Assembly (NCBI GenBank): GCA_902628835.1
Contig: CACOPD010000001.1
Location: forward strand, 297,347 to 361,346
Direction: 5' to 3'
DNA from: an uncultured Alphaproteobacteria bacterium
Lineage (GTDB): Bacteria; Pseudomonadota; Alphaproteobacteria; HIMB59; GCA-002718135
DNA: 64,000 bases
The position numbers were made by a program, and so were the translations under genes. The notes under the pieces are model-generated. The model was given only the letters and a program-made list of their open reading frames with translations. It was not told where the DNA came from and did not search any database. Numbering within the stretch: the first letter of the stretch is position 1; each line of letters opens with the position of its first letter. Below, in pieces: positions 47,604-58,161 of the stretch.

Positions 47604-50600
47604 GCTGATTTTTCTTCTTGAATTAATACTGGTTGATCAAATTTATTAATCATTTCTTTTGGTACAATCTGCCAAAAGAGTAATTTTTCATTTTCCCAAT
47701 TTTCAAGAAGATTTTTTGCGTACCGTGAATTTGTTTCTTTAATATGTTCCTCAATTTTTTGATACAAAATTTTCTCCCAATAACTTGTCATTTGTTGCTG
47801 ATAGAAAATATCTTCAAGATTGATTCGAAGTGGTAAAGTCCCTTCTTTATCATATACAAAGGCCATTCCTCCTGTCATTCCTGCTCCGAAGTTGTTTCCA
47901 ACTTCGCCAAGAATAACAGCACTTCCACCAGTCATATATTCACATCCGTTGTCACCACAACCCTCTATAACTGCATGTGCGCCAGAATTTCTGACACCAA
48001 ACCTATCACCAGCAGTTCCAGCTGCAAAAAGTTTACCACGGGTGGCACCATATAAAATTGTATTACCTATAATCACATTTTTATTTGATTGGAGTTGAGA
48101 AGATGAGCTTGGCTGGATTACAATTTTACCCCCTGATAATCCTTTAGCTACATAGTCATTAGCGTCTCCATATACTCTAAGCGTTGTTCCCTGAACAGTC
48201 CAAGCACCAAAAGATTGTCCTGCTGATCCATGAAAATTAACGGTAAAAAAATCTTCTGGGAGTGAACTCATTCCTTTTGTAGTAGTTATTTCAGATGCAA
48301 GTCGTGTACCAATTGCTCTGTCTGTATTTTTAATATTATAATTTAATTCAATTTTTTGATCAGTCTCAAAGAATGATTTAGCATCATCAATTATTTTAAG
48401 ATCTAAGCTATCGCTTACTTTGTTAATTGTATTTTTCTTTATATTAAAATCACCAACTGATGAGTCAATAGTTTGAATAATAGGATTCAAATCTAAATCA
48501 TCAAGATCAGAACTTCCTCTATTAACTTGATATAAAAGATCAGATCTTCCAACAACTTCATCAAGTGAAGAAAAGCCTAGTGACTCTAAAATTTCTCTTA
48601 CTTCATCTGCAATAAAACTAAAGAGATTAATTACTTTTTCAGGTGTGCCTGTAAATTTTTCTCTAAGTTTTTCATCTTGTGAACACACTCCAACAGGACA
48701 AGTATTAGAATGACATTGTCTAACCATAATACAACCCATAGCAACTAGACTTGCTGTTCCAATTCCATATTCTTCTGCCCCAAGCATGGCAGCGATAACA
48801 ATATCTTTTCCAGTTTTTAAACCTCCGTCAGTTCTAAGAATAACTTTATCTCGAAGATTATTTAAGGATAAAACTTGATGTACCTCACTCAAGCCAAGTT
48901 CCCAAGGAAGCCCTGCATACTTAATACTTGTTTGAGGACTTGCACCTGTCCCACCATTATGTCCAGATATTAAGATTGTATCAGCTTTAGCTTTTGCAAC
49001 ACCAGCAGCTACTGTTCCTATTCCAGATTGAGCAACAAGCTTTACACAAACTTTAGCTTTTGGATTAATTTGTTTTAAATCATAAATTAACTGAGCCAGG
49101 TCCTCGATTGAATAAATATCGTGATGAGGTGGAGGACTAATAAGGGTCACACCTTGGGTTGAGTGTCTTAACTTTGCTATTAATTCAGTAACCTTTCCTC
49201 CTGGTAGCTGTCCACCTTCTCCAGGTTTAGCTCCTTGAGCAACTTTTATTTCGATTTCTTCACAATTATTTAGATACTCTGCTGTAACTCCAAATCTGCC
49301 ACTAGCAATTTGTTTAATTTTAGATGATGCATTATCTCCGTTTGGTTTTGGCTTAAATCTTATTGGATCTTCACCACCTTCCCCTGAGTCAGATTTTGCT
49401 CCTATTCTATTCATAGCAACAGATAGAGTCTCATGAGCTTCTGGACTTAAAGCTCCAAGAGATATACCTGGTGCGACCAGTCTTTTTCTAATTTCTTGTG
49501 AAGGTTCAACATCTTTAGATTGATTATTATTATTTTTATTTTTTTTGATATCTAAAAGATCACGAATATTTATTGGTCCCATTTCATCAATCATTGATGT
49601 GTATTTTTTAAAAAGAGAGTAATTATTTGAAGAGACTGCAGTTTGCAGCATATGAATAGAACGTGCCTCAAATGCATGTTTTTCGCCACCAAATCTATAA
49701 CGGTAGTTTCCTCCTATAGGAAGTGTGATTATATTTTCTTCATAGGCTTTATCATGAGCAGCTCTGGATCTTCTTTCAAGACCATTAATTCCAATCCCTG
49801 AAATTTTTGAACTCATAAAAGGAAAATATTTACTCATTAAGTTACGGCTAAGGCCAATAGCTTCAAAGTTACATCCCCCTCTATAGGAATTGATGACAGA
49901 TATTCCCATTTTGCTCATTGTTTTAAGTAAACCGTTATTTATTGAATTAACAAATCTCGCTACACATTCTTCATACGTTAGATTCTTAAATAACCCTTTT
50001 TTGTGTCTTTCTGCAATTGCTTGTTGAGCCATATAAGCATTAACACTGGTTGCCCCAACTCCGATTAAAACTGCAAAGTATTGTACATCTAAGCACTCGG
50101 CAGATTGAACATTAAGTGAAATAAATGTTCGAAGATTTTTTTTGATGAGATGATGATGCACAGAGCTAGTCACAAGTATCATTGGAAGGGCAATTTGAGT
50201 TTTTGACATTCCTTTGTCACTTAAAATTATATGTACATATCCTTCTCTAACTGCTTGTTCTGCCTCTTTATTAATTCTTGATATTTCTTTTTCAAAATTA
50301 TTTTCAGGATTTGTTTTATCCATTGTAGTATCAATAATTTTTACTGTATCTCTCATATATTTACGCATAGATTTAAATTGCTCTATAGAAAGAACTGGTG
50401 AATTTAACTGCAAATGATCACATTGCGCTTCATCCTCATCAAGAATATTACTTAAATTTCCTATTCTTGTTCGAAGACTCATCACGACTCTTTCTCTTAA
50501 AGAGTCAATTGGTGGATTTGTTACTTGACTAAAATTTTGTCTAAAAAAATGATGTAGTCCACGGTACTTATTCGAAAGAACGGCTAATGGTGTATCATCT

Positions 50601-52120
50601 CCCATTGATCCTGTAGCTTCTTTTTTTTCGGCAATCATGGGATGAAGAATTAATTCGATATCTTCAACGGACCAAGCAAAGCAAGCCATTCTTTTTCGTA
50701 AATCTGAAGAGTCTATATCTCTAAATTCTTCATCAACTGATTTGACCAACTTATCTATGTAAGTAATTTTTTTTGTCCAATCTCCAAAAGGTCTAGTATC
50801 AGATAGATACTTTTTTATTTCTTTATCTTTAAAGAATTTTTTTTCTTTAAAATTAACAGCAATTAACTGACCTGGACCAACCCTACCTCTTTCGACAACT
50901 TCGTCTTCTTTAATATTAACCATTCCCGTTTCAGATCCTGCAACAAGAAGTTTATTTGTAAGAGTATATCTGATTGGTCTAAGACCATTTCTATCCATGC
51001 CTGCTATTGCCCAATCTCCATGTGAACCACAAATTGCTGCAGGACCATCCCATGGTTCCATTACAGCTCCTCCGTAAGCATATAAATCTTTAAGTTTTTT
51101 TGGAAAATCTCTTCTATGTGACCAAGCTTCTGGAATTGTCATAATTTTTGCCATTGGTAGTGATCGATTAGCTTTAACTAATAATTCAATAGTTGAGTCA
51201 AGAGCGGCGGAGTCTGAAGCTTTTGAATCTATAATTGGCTTTAAATCATCAACATTGTTGCCAAAATTTTTATGTTGCATTCTTGGCTCATGAGCAGACA
51301 TCCAATTTTTATTTCCTCTTAATGTATTAATTTCACCATTATGTGCAATGACTCTAAATGGCTGAGCTAAAGACCAAGTAGGAAAAGTATTCGTCGAATA
51401 TCTTTGGTGGTAAACGGCATATTTAGAAATAAAGTTTTCATCTTGAATATCAGGATAAAAATTCGATAACTGTTCTGCAAGAAACATTCCTTTGTAAACG
51501 ATAGACTGACAAGAGAGTGAACAAATATAAAAATCAGATATATTTTGACTTCTTATTTCTTTTTCAATTCTTTTTCTAATTAAGTAAAGTTTATTATCGA
51601 ATTCTTTTTCATCATTTATTTCTTCATTCGATATAAGAATTTGTTCAATTTCAGGTCTTGTTGCTTTTGCTTTATCCCCAATAATAGATGAATCTATTGG
51701 TACATGTCTCCAACCGTATATTTTTAAACCTTCTCTAATTATTTCTGACTCAACTATTGTACGTGCACTTTCTTGAGCTGCAAAGTCAGTTCTTGGTAAA
51801 AAAATCATGCCTACACCAAAAGGAAAGTCATTTGGTTTGTGGCCAGTTCTCTCGATTTGATCTATAAAAAAATTTTTAGGAATGGAAAGTTGTATACCAG
51901 CTCCATCACCTGTTTTACCATCTGCATCAACAGCGCCCCTGTGATATAAAACCCGAAGAGCTTGTACTCCTAGCTCAACTATTTCTCTAGTTTCTGAACC
52001 ATCTAAAGAAGCTATTAATCCAACCCCGCAAGAGGAGTGTTCGTCTTTTTCATTATAAATGTAGTTATCCTCAAGGAATTTTTTATCTTTTTTATATTTC
52101 TCGATAAATTTATTACGCAT
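47600..52120 (-). CDS. gltB: glutamate synthase (NADPH) large subunit
   Basis: 1506 aa. Ntn-amidotransferase start HSSCGVGLIAS, FMN/Fe-S central domains, C-terminal GXGXG beta-helix domain. Confidence 0.95.
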   Translation of the reverse strand: MRNKFIEKYKKDKKFLEDNYIYNEKDEHSSCGVGLIASLDGSETREIVELGVQALRVLYHRGAVDADGKTGDGAGIQLSIPKNFFIDQIERTGHKPNDFPFGVGMIFLPRTDFAAQESARTIVESEIIREGLKIYGWRHVPIDSSIIGDKAKATRPEIEQILISNEEINDEKEFDNKLYLIRKRIEKEIRSQNISDFYICSLSCQSIVYKGMFLAEQLSNFYPDIQDENFISKYAVYHQRYSTNTFPTWSLAQPFRVIAHNGEINTLRGNKNWMSAHEPRMQHKNFGNNVDDLKPIIDSKASDSAALDSTIELLVKANRSLPMAKIMTIPEAWSHRRDFPKKLKDLYAYGGAVMEPWDGPAAICGSHGDWAIAGMDRNGLRPIRYTLTNKLLVAGSETGMVNIKEDEVVERGRVGPGQLIAVNFKEKKFFKDKEIKKYLSDTRPFGDWTKKITYIDKLVKSVDEEFRDIDSSDLRKRMACFAWSVEDIELILHPMIAEKKEATGSMGDDTPLAVLSNKYRGLHHFFRQNFSQVTNPPIDSLRERVVMSLRTRIGNLSNILDEDEAQCDHLQLNSPVLSIEQFKSMRKYMRDTVKIIDTTMDKTNPENNFEKEISRINKEAEQAVREGYVHIILSDKGMSKTQIALPMILVTSSVHHHLIKKNLRTFISLNVQSAECLDVQYFAVLIGVGATSVNAYMAQQAIAERHKKGLFKNLTYEECVARFVNSINNGLLKTMSKMGISVINSYRGGCNFEAIGLSRNLMSKYFPFMSSKISGIGINGLERRSRAAHDKAYEENIITLPIGGNYRYRFGGEKHAFEARSIHMLQTAVSSNNYSLFKKYTSMIDEMGPINIRDLLDIKKNKNNNNQSKDVEPSQEIRKRLVAPGISLGALSPEAHETLSVAMNRIGAKSDSGEGGEDPIRFKPKPNGDNASSKIKQIASGRFGVTAEYLNNCEEIEIKVAQGAKPGEGGQLPGGKVTELIAKLRHSTQGVTLISPPPHHDIYSIEDLAQLIYDLKQINPKAKVCVKLVAQSGIGTVAAGVAKAKADTILISGHNGGTGASPQTSIKYAGLPWELGLSEVHQVLSLNNLRDKVILRTDGGLKTGKDIVIAAMLGAEEYGIGTASLVAMGCIMVRQCHSNTCPVGVCSQDEKLREKFTGTPEKVINLFSFIADEVREILESLGFSSLDEVVGRSDLLYQVNRGSSDLDDLDLNPIIQTIDSSVGDFNIKKNTINKVSDSLDLKIIDDAKSFFETDQKIELNYNIKNTDRAIGTRLASEITTTKGMSSLPEDFFTVNFHGSAGQSFGAWTVQGTTLRVYGDANDYVAKGLSGGKIVIQPSSSSQLQSNKNVIIGNTILYGATRGKLFAAGTAGDRFGVRNSGAHAVIEGCGDNGCEYMTGGSAVILGEVGNNFGAGMTGGMAFVYDKEGTLPLRINLEDIFYQQQMTSYWEKILYQKIEEHIKETNSRYAKNLLENWENEKLLFWQIVPKEMINKFDQPVLIQEEKSA

Positions 52121-53558
52121 TCACAACTTCCTTATTAAGTCTGTCGTCTGCAAATTTTTTAAAATCTATATATTCAATAATATTTTTTGCGGCATCTCTT
52201 CCATCTTTAATACCCCATACGACTAGGCTTGCTCCTCGGACTATGTCTCCAGCTGCAAAAACACCCTCCATAGAGGTCATCATATTTCTATAGTTAATTT
52301 TAAGAGTTCCCCATCTAGTTACTGTTAATTCTTCTTTATTAAATAGTTTTGGTAAATTTTCAGGTTCAAAACCAAGAGCCTCTATTACTAGATCGACATC
52401 TAGATCTTTTTCTGTACCCTCTTTTGGTTCAGGTTTTCTTCTTCCAGATTCATCGGGTTCACCAAGTTGCATTTGAACAGTTCTTACATTCTTTAATGAG
52501 CCGTTTCCTGAATATTCAGTTGGCAAAGTTAACCATTGGAAATCCACACCTTCTTCAATTGCATTTTGAACTTCTCTTTGAGATCCGGGCATGTTAGTTT
52601 TATCTCTTCTATATAGACACTTAACTGATTTTGCTCCCTGCCTTATAGCAGTTCTAACACAGTCCATTGCAGTATCTCCACCGCCAATTACTACAACATT
52701 TTTGCCTTCTGCATTTAGTCGTCCGTTTTCAAAATCTTCAACTTTATCTTTCAAACCTGTTTTATTGCTAGCAATTAAAAAATCTAAAGCTGGCACTACG
52801 TTATTAAAATTTGAGTTATTAAGATTAATTTCTCTAAATTTATAAACACCCGTAGCAATTAAAATTGCATCATGTTTATTTTTAATTTCTTCAAATGAAA
52901 TATCTTTTCCAATATCACAATTTAATTCAAATTTTATACCACTTTCTTTCAATCGATCAGTTCTACGAACAACTATTTCTTTTTCTAATTTAAAATTTGG
53001 AATGCCATATATTAATAAACCTCCAGGTCTATCGTAACGATCATATATTGTAACTTGAAATCCTTTTTTTCTAAGCTCTTCTGCAGCAGCCAAACCAGCT
53101 GGGCCTGATCCTATAACACCTATACTTTCTTTTTTTTCTTCAACAGGTTCTATTTTTTTTACCCATCCTTCTTCCCAAGCTTTATCTGTTATAAATTTTT
53201 CAATTGAACCAATGGTAACTGTTCCGTGCCCTGATTGCTCAATAACACAATTACCTTCACACAAACGATCTTGTGGGCAAATACGACCACAAATTTCTGG
53301 CATGTTATTTGTTGAGCTTGATATTTCAAATGCTTCCTGCATTCTTTCTTCTGCAGTTAGTTTTAACCAGTCTGGAATATTATTATGAAGGGGGCAATGC
53401 ACTTGACAAAAGGGGACTCCACATTGGGAACATCTAGAAGCTTGCTCCTCTGCTTTTTCAGATGCATATCTTGCATAAATTTCATCAAAAGATTTTACTC
53501 TTTTTTCAGCAGAAATTTTACTTGGGTTTTCTTGGTCTATTTTAACAAATTTCAACAT
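52113..53558 (-). CDS. gltD: glutamate synthase (NADPH) small subunit
   Basis: 481 aa. Fe-S cysteine clusters (CSQCGVPFC..., CPLHNNIP) and the dinucleotide motif IGSGPAGLAAA. Overlaps the gltB start by 8 nt. Confidence 0.95.
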   Translation of the reverse strand: MLKFVKIDQENPSKISAEKRVKSFDEIYARYASEKAEEQASRCSQCGVPFCQVHCPLHNNIPDWLKLTAEERMQEAFEISSSTNNMPEICGRICPQDRLCEGNCVIEQSGHGTVTIGSIEKFITDKAWEEGWVKKIEPVEEKKESIGVIGSGPAGLAAAEELRKKGFQVTIYDRYDRPGGLLIYGIPNFKLEKEIVVRRTDRLKESGIKFELNCDIGKDISFEEIKNKHDAILIATGVYKFREINLNNSNFNNVVPALDFLIASNKTGLKDKVEDFENGRLNAEGKNVVVIGGGDTAMDCVRTAIRQGAKSVKCLYRRDKTNMPGSQREVQNAIEEGVDFQWLTLPTEYSGNGSLKNVRTVQMQLGEPDESGRRKPEPKEGTEKDLDVDLVIEALGFEPENLPKLFNKEELTVTRWGTLKINYRNMMTSMEGVFAAGDIVRGASLVVWGIKDGRDAAKNIIEYIDFKKFADDRLNKEVVNA

Positions 53559-53654
53559 TTAGGTCAGCATTGCTTACTTATTTCTAAAGATGAAAACCAT
53601 TACACTCAACAAAAGTAAAAATAAACACTAAAATCATTAAATTAGTCTCATAAA

Positions 53655-53671
53655 TTTACTAAATTAGTAAA
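53655..53671. promoter_or_regulatory. 8-1-8 palindrome TTTACTAA-A-TTAGTAAA (operator or weak terminator candidate)
   Basis: Read directly. It begins 5 nt after the stop of the SDR gene (53677) and lies about 100 nt upstream of the gltD ATG (53558), all on the minus-strand transcription path. Confidence 0.25.
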
Positions 53672-53676
53672 AATGG

Positions 53677-54582
53677 CTAATTTTCAATAAAATTTTTAGT
53701 TATCTGAAGTGTATCTTGTGGATTAATTTCTAAATCTTTAAAGGATTTATCAATATTTTGAATAATATTATCCTTTTCAAATAACAGAAGTTGTTCCGAA
53801 GTTAGTGGCGAAAATGGAGTTTTTTCAGCAATACTTATTATTGGCTTTATTAAATTTAGAGGAGTTGGCACTAGAACTCTGGTTTTATTTAAACATTTTG
53901 AAATATAATTATAAAAATCTTTATATGAAATAACCCTTGAACCGGCTAGTTCATAAATACCCTGGCCTTCAATATTATCTGTTATTATTTTTTCTACTGC
54001 CAATGAAACATCATCAATAAATACTGGTTGGAATTTTGTTGAACCATCACCAAAAAGAGGGACAAAAAAAGATGCTTTAAATATAGGTAATAATCTTTTC
54101 AAAAATACATCACCACCACCAATGATAACTCCAGGTCTAATTATAATAACATTATCAAGATATTTAGAAGCCTCTTTTTCTGATTTGTGTACAGCAACAC
54201 TTCTTGTTGAATTTTTATCTAAATCCGCACCTAAACCTGAAAAAAAAATAAACTGTTTTAATGAATTGCTAACTTTAAGTATTTTTATAAGCTTTTGGTT
54301 AAACTTAAATATTGAATTGTTAAAATCACCCTTCTTTTGATCATATGTAGTTTTAAGATTAATACATACGTCCGTGTTATTTAAAACAGATTTAAGCCTT
54401 TTGTCATCTAATGAAGAATAACGAAATGGAATTACCTGTCCTGTTACACCTAAAAGTCGGATTTTAGCTTCTTGTACAGATCTTTGATATGGAACTATGA
54501 TTTTATGGCCATTTTTAGTAAGACGTCTTATTAAATGTTTGCCTACAAAACCTGCGCCTCCGAAAATTACTATTGATTTCAT
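53677..54582 (-). CDS. atypical short-chain dehydrogenase/epimerase family protein, complex I NDUFA9-like
   Basis: N-terminal Rossmann motif IFGGAGFVGKHL. 301 aa. The overall pattern resembles the alphaproteobacterial NDUFA9-like NAD(P)-binding family. The subfamily call is tentative. Confidence 0.6.
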   Translation of the reverse strand: MKSIVIFGGAGFVGKHLIRRLTKNGHKIIVPYQRSVQEAKIRLLGVTGQVIPFRYSSLDDKRLKSVLNNTDVCINLKTTYDQKKGDFNNSIFKFNQKLIKILKVSNSLKQFIFFSGLGADLDKNSTRSVAVHKSEKEASKYLDNVIIIRPGVIIGGGDVFLKRLLPIFKASFFVPLFGDGSTKFQPVFIDDVSLAVEKIITDNIEGQGIYELAGSRVISYKDFYNYISKCLNKTRVLVPTPLNLIKPIISIAEKTPFSPLTSEQLLLFEKDNIIQNIDKSFKDLEINPQDTLQITKNFIEN

Positions 54583-54644
54583 GACCTTTAATTAAATAAG
54601 TGATATAGAGAAAAAATATAAATTATACAGGCAATAAAATCAAA

Positions 54645-55253
54645 ATGAAAATAAATTTCTATAAAGGAGATCTTCCATCAAGTTTTAAAGCTTCCAATAT
54701 TATTGCATTGGATAGCGAAACAATGGGATTGAATCCTAAAAGAGACAAATTGTGTTTAGTTCAAATTTCTAATGGAGACGAAGTATGTCATCTTGTGAAA
54801 ATTGACTTATCAACTGAAAAACCTCTAAATTTAATTAAAATTCTTAAGAATAGTAAAATTCAAAAAATTTTTCATTATGCTAGGTTTGATGTGGCGGTTT
54901 TTAAACATAACTTCAAAATTAATATTAAAAATATTTACTGTACTAAAATTGCATCAAAGTTAGTTAGAACTTATACTGATAAACATGGATACAAAGATCT
55001 TTGTAGTGAATTATTAGGGAAATCAATTTCAAAAACAGAACAGTCTTCTGATTGGGGTGGAGAATTAACAAAAGAACAACAAAAATATGCTGCTACCGAT
55101 GTTTTATATTTACATAAAATTAAAGATAAGCTTGATTCAATGTTGTTAAGAGAAAAAAGAAGCAAACTGGCTAAAGCATGCTTTGATTTCATACAATATA
55201 GAACAGATTTAGATATTAGTGGTTGGTCAGAACAAGATATATTTAAACATTAA
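54645..55253 (+). CDS. 3'-5' exonuclease, RNase D catalytic-domain-only protein
   Basis: DEDDy motifs ALDSETMGL, FHYARFD and YAATDVLYL. 202 aa with no HRDC domains. Confidence 0.7.
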   Translation: MKINFYKGDLPSSFKASNIIALDSETMGLNPKRDKLCLVQISNGDEVCHLVKIDLSTEKPLNLIKILKNSKIQKIFHYARFDVAVFKHNFKINIKNIYCTKIASKLVRTYTDKHGYKDLCSELLGKSISKTEQSSDWGGELTKEQQKYAATDVLYLHKIKDKLDSMLLREKRSKLAKACFDFIQYRTDLDISGWSEQDIFKH

Positions 55254-56212
55254 TGAATAATAACAAAAAAATAATTAATAGTGCGAAAAGAACTCTAGCC
55301 AGTGAATTAAGTAGTATTAAAAACATAAAATACACATTTAATAATAGCTTTTGTGAGGCTGTCGATTTAATTTACAACACTAAAGGTAAAGTAGTAATCA
55401 CTGGAGTTGGTAAAAGTGCCCACATAGGTAACAAAATATCAGCAACGCTAACATCGACTGGAACACCTGCTTATTTCATACATGCAACAGAAGCTAGTCA
55501 TGGCGATTTAGGAAGTATAAAAAAAGATGACTGCGTAATAGCAATTTCAAATTCAGGTGAAACTTCAGAGTTAAAAAATATTATTCAATTCACTAAAAGA
55601 TTTAATATTAAACTTATAAGCATAACTAGTAACTCAAAAAGTATACTTCATAAAAACGCTACGGTGGGTATTTTATTTAAAAAACCAATTGAAGCTTGTC
55701 CATTAAACTTAGCCCCAACTAGTTCTACTTCGATGACTTTGATTATTGGAGATTGTATAGCAATATCTTTATTAGAGTTAAGAGGTTTTAAAAGTAAACA
55801 TTTTAAAAACCTTCATCCTGGAGGAAATCTTGGTAAAGATTTAAAAAATTTAAGTGAAGTAATGCATTTAGGAAAAGAATTACCTTTAGCAAAATTAGAT
55901 GAGAAGATGTCTAAAGCTCTACTTACCATGACAAAAAAAAGTTTTGGTTGTATTGGAGTAATAAATAACAAAAAACAGATAGTTGGTATAATTACAGATG
56001 GTGACTTAAGAAGAAAGTTAAATTCAAAATTTTTTGATAAAAAAGCATCTGAAATAATGACAAAAAATCCAACATTAGCAAATAAGAATATGCTAGTAGG
56101 TGAAGCTATAAATTTAATGAATACAAAAAAAATAACTAGTTTGTTTATTTGTGATAAGAAAATTCCATTAGGAATTGTTCATATACATGATTTATTAAGA
56201 TTGACGAGTTAG
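55253..56212 (+). CDS. kdsD: arabinose-5-phosphate isomerase (KpsF/KdsD family, SIS plus tandem CBS)
   Basis: SIS motif ITGVGKSAHIG, ISNSGETSE, C-terminal CBS pair. Directly upstream of lptC-lptA-lptB. Confidence 0.85.
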   Translation: MNNNKKIINSAKRTLASELSSIKNIKYTFNNSFCEAVDLIYNTKGKVVITGVGKSAHIGNKISATLTSTGTPAYFIHATEASHGDLGSIKKDDCVIAISNSGETSELKNIIQFTKRFNIKLISITSNSKSILHKNATVGILFKKPIEACPLNLAPTSSTSMTLIIGDCIAISLLELRGFKSKHFKNLHPGGNLGKDLKNLSEVMHLGKELPLAKLDEKMSKALLTMTKKSFGCIGVINNKKQIVGIITDGDLRRKLNSKFFDKKASEIMTKNPTLANKNMLVGEAINLMNTKKITSLFICDKKIPLGIVHIHDLLRLTS

Positions 56213-56213
56213 T

Positions 56214-56663
56214 TTGAATTTTTTTTTGTATATAAATAGAAAGTTGATAATTCTTTTAGGAGTTATAATAATATTTGTTTTTTTAATAATTATTTTTTAC
56301 AAACAGATTAATCTAAATATAATTGTTGTTGATGAAAATTTAAATGGTTTATCTAATGCGGATATTTATGAACCAAAATTTGCTATAAATAATGAATCAA
56401 AAAAAATTTACATAACAGCAACTGAAGGTAATTTTATAAATAAAAATGAAGTTTTGTTAAAAGATAATGTTAGATTCAAATCAAATGATTTTAGTATTGA
56501 AACAGAAAAAGTAATTTTTAACAGAACTGACCAAACTGCAAAAAGTAAAACTAAATCAAAATTTATGTCCAAAAATGCAACTATTGCTTCAGATGGATTT
56601 AATATTCATGACAAAGGCAATAAGATAATTTTTTATGGAAAGTCATACATAATATTAAAATGA
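56214..56663 (+). CDS. lptC: LPS export system protein LptC (TTG start as listed)
   Basis: 149 aa. A single N-terminal TM anchor followed by a beta-rich domain. The call rests mainly on its position between kdsD and lptA/lptB. Confidence 0.6.
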   Translation: MNFFLYINRKLIILLGVIIIFVFLIIIFYKQINLNIIVVDENLNGLSNADIYEPKFAINNESKKIYITATEGNFINKNEVLLKDNVRFKSNDFSIETEKVIFNRTDQTAKSKTKSKFMSKNATIASDGFNIHDKGNKIIFYGKSYIILK

Positions 56664-57421
56664 TCTTAATAATCAAATTTGCAATAATATTAATATTTTC
56701 TATAAGTTTAAATGCAAGAGAGATAGGTGAAACAGAAATCACAACTGATAATGGTATTGAAGTTTTTCAAAATGAAAAGTTTTATTTATTAAAGCAAAAT
56801 GTAAAAATTGAATCAGATAATTTTACATTAAGCGCTGATGACGTAAAAATTAAATTCGAAGATAGTTTGTATGATATTACAGAACTCGACGCTAAAGGTA
56901 ATGTAGATTTTTACTCCAAAGAATTTAAAATAAGTGGAAATGGTAATTTTTTAAACTTTGAAGTAAAAAATGAAAAAATTAAAGTTGAGGGGGAGGGATC
57001 AGAATTAATAACTAATGATGTCGAGATGTTTTCAGATGGTTTTATTGAAGTTACAAATTTAAATGGTGATTTTTTATTGGAAGGAAAAAACTCAAAACTA
57101 TATAACCAAAATATAATCATTATAGCAGAAACTATAATTGGTAATTTCTCTGAAATTAATAATACAAAAGAAATAACCTTTTTAGAAATATATGATGAAA
57201 AAATATCTTATGTTAAAAATAATGATGCTGAAATGTATGCTAAAAAAATTAATTTTGACAATGATACTGCAACTATCGAATTAATAGATAATGTAACAAT
57301 AATCCGTAATCAAGAGAGAATTTCTGGTGACTATGGCACTCTTGATACTAGAAATAATTCGTATAAAATTAATTCAAATAATAAAAGTAAGGTAAAAGTA
57401 ATAATTCAGAATAATGAGTAA
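56660..57421 (+). CDS. lptA: LPS transport periplasmic protein LptA (OstA-like), longer than usual
   Basis: Signal peptide, repetitive beta-strand-like sequence, position immediately before lptB. 253 aa. Confidence 0.6.
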   Translation: MILIIKFAIILIFSISLNAREIGETEITTDNGIEVFQNEKFYLLKQNVKIESDNFTLSADDVKIKFEDSLYDITELDAKGNVDFYSKEFKISGNGNFLNFEVKNEKIKVEGEGSELITNDVEMFSDGFIEVTNLNGDFLLEGKNSKLYNQNIIIIAETIIGNFSEINNTKEITFLEIYDEKISYVKNNDAEMYAKKINFDNDTATIELIDNVTIIRNQERISGDYGTLDTRNNSYKINSNNKSKVKVIIQNNE

Positions 57422-58160
57422 CAAATTTAATATTTTGGATAATGGATTATCAATTAAAAAGATTTCAAAGACTTATGGAAATAAGCAAGTAGTTAGAGAT
57501 ATTAGTATTTCTATAAAAAGAAATGAAATTGTAGGCTTATTGGGACCAAATGGTGCTGGGAAAACAACAACCTTTTACATAATAGTGGGATTAGTGAAAC
57601 CCGACAATGGGAGCATAGTATTAGATAAATTAGATGTTTCAAATTTACCTATCTATCTCAGAGGAAAATTAGGCATAAGTTATCTTCCACAAGAAGCATC
57701 AATTTTTAGAGGTATGAATGTTGAAGATAACCTTTTATCAATAATAGAAATTAAAGAAAAAGATAAAAATAAACAAAACATATTATTACAAAATCTTTTA
57801 AATGAATTTGATATCAATCATGTAAGAAAATCAAAATCAATTGTTTTATCTGGAGGCGAAAGACGTAGGCTAGAAATAGCAAGAACACTTGCTACAAATC
57901 CAAAATATTTACTTTTAGATGAACCATTAACAGGAATAGATCCAGTATCAATTGAAGAAATAAAAAAAATTATTAGGAAATTAAAACAAAGAAATATTGG
58001 TGTATTAATTACCGATCATAACGTCAGGGAAACACTAAAAATTGTTGACAAGGTTTATATTGTTAATGAGGGTGCAATATTTTATGAAGGTGATCCAATA
58101 TCTGCTGTAAAAGATGAAAGAATTAAAAAATTTTATTTAGGTTCAAATTTCCAACTTTAA
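57414..58160 (+). CDS. lptB: LPS export ABC transporter ATP-binding protein LptB
   Basis: Walker A LLGPNGAGKTTTFY, signature LSGGERRRLEIAR, Walker B LLLDEP. 248 aa. Confidence 0.9.
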   Translation: MSNKFNILDNGLSIKKISKTYGNKQVVRDISISIKRNEIVGLLGPNGAGKTTTFYIIVGLVKPDNGSIVLDKLDVSNLPIYLRGKLGISYLPQEASIFRGMNVEDNLLSIIEIKEKDKNKQNILLQNLLNEFDINHVRKSKSIVLSGGERRRLEIARTLATNPKYLLLDEPLTGIDPVSIEEIKKIIRKLKQRNIGVLITDHNVRETLKIVDKVYIVNEGAIFYEGDPISAVKDERIKKFYLGSNFQL

Positions 58161-58161
58161 A

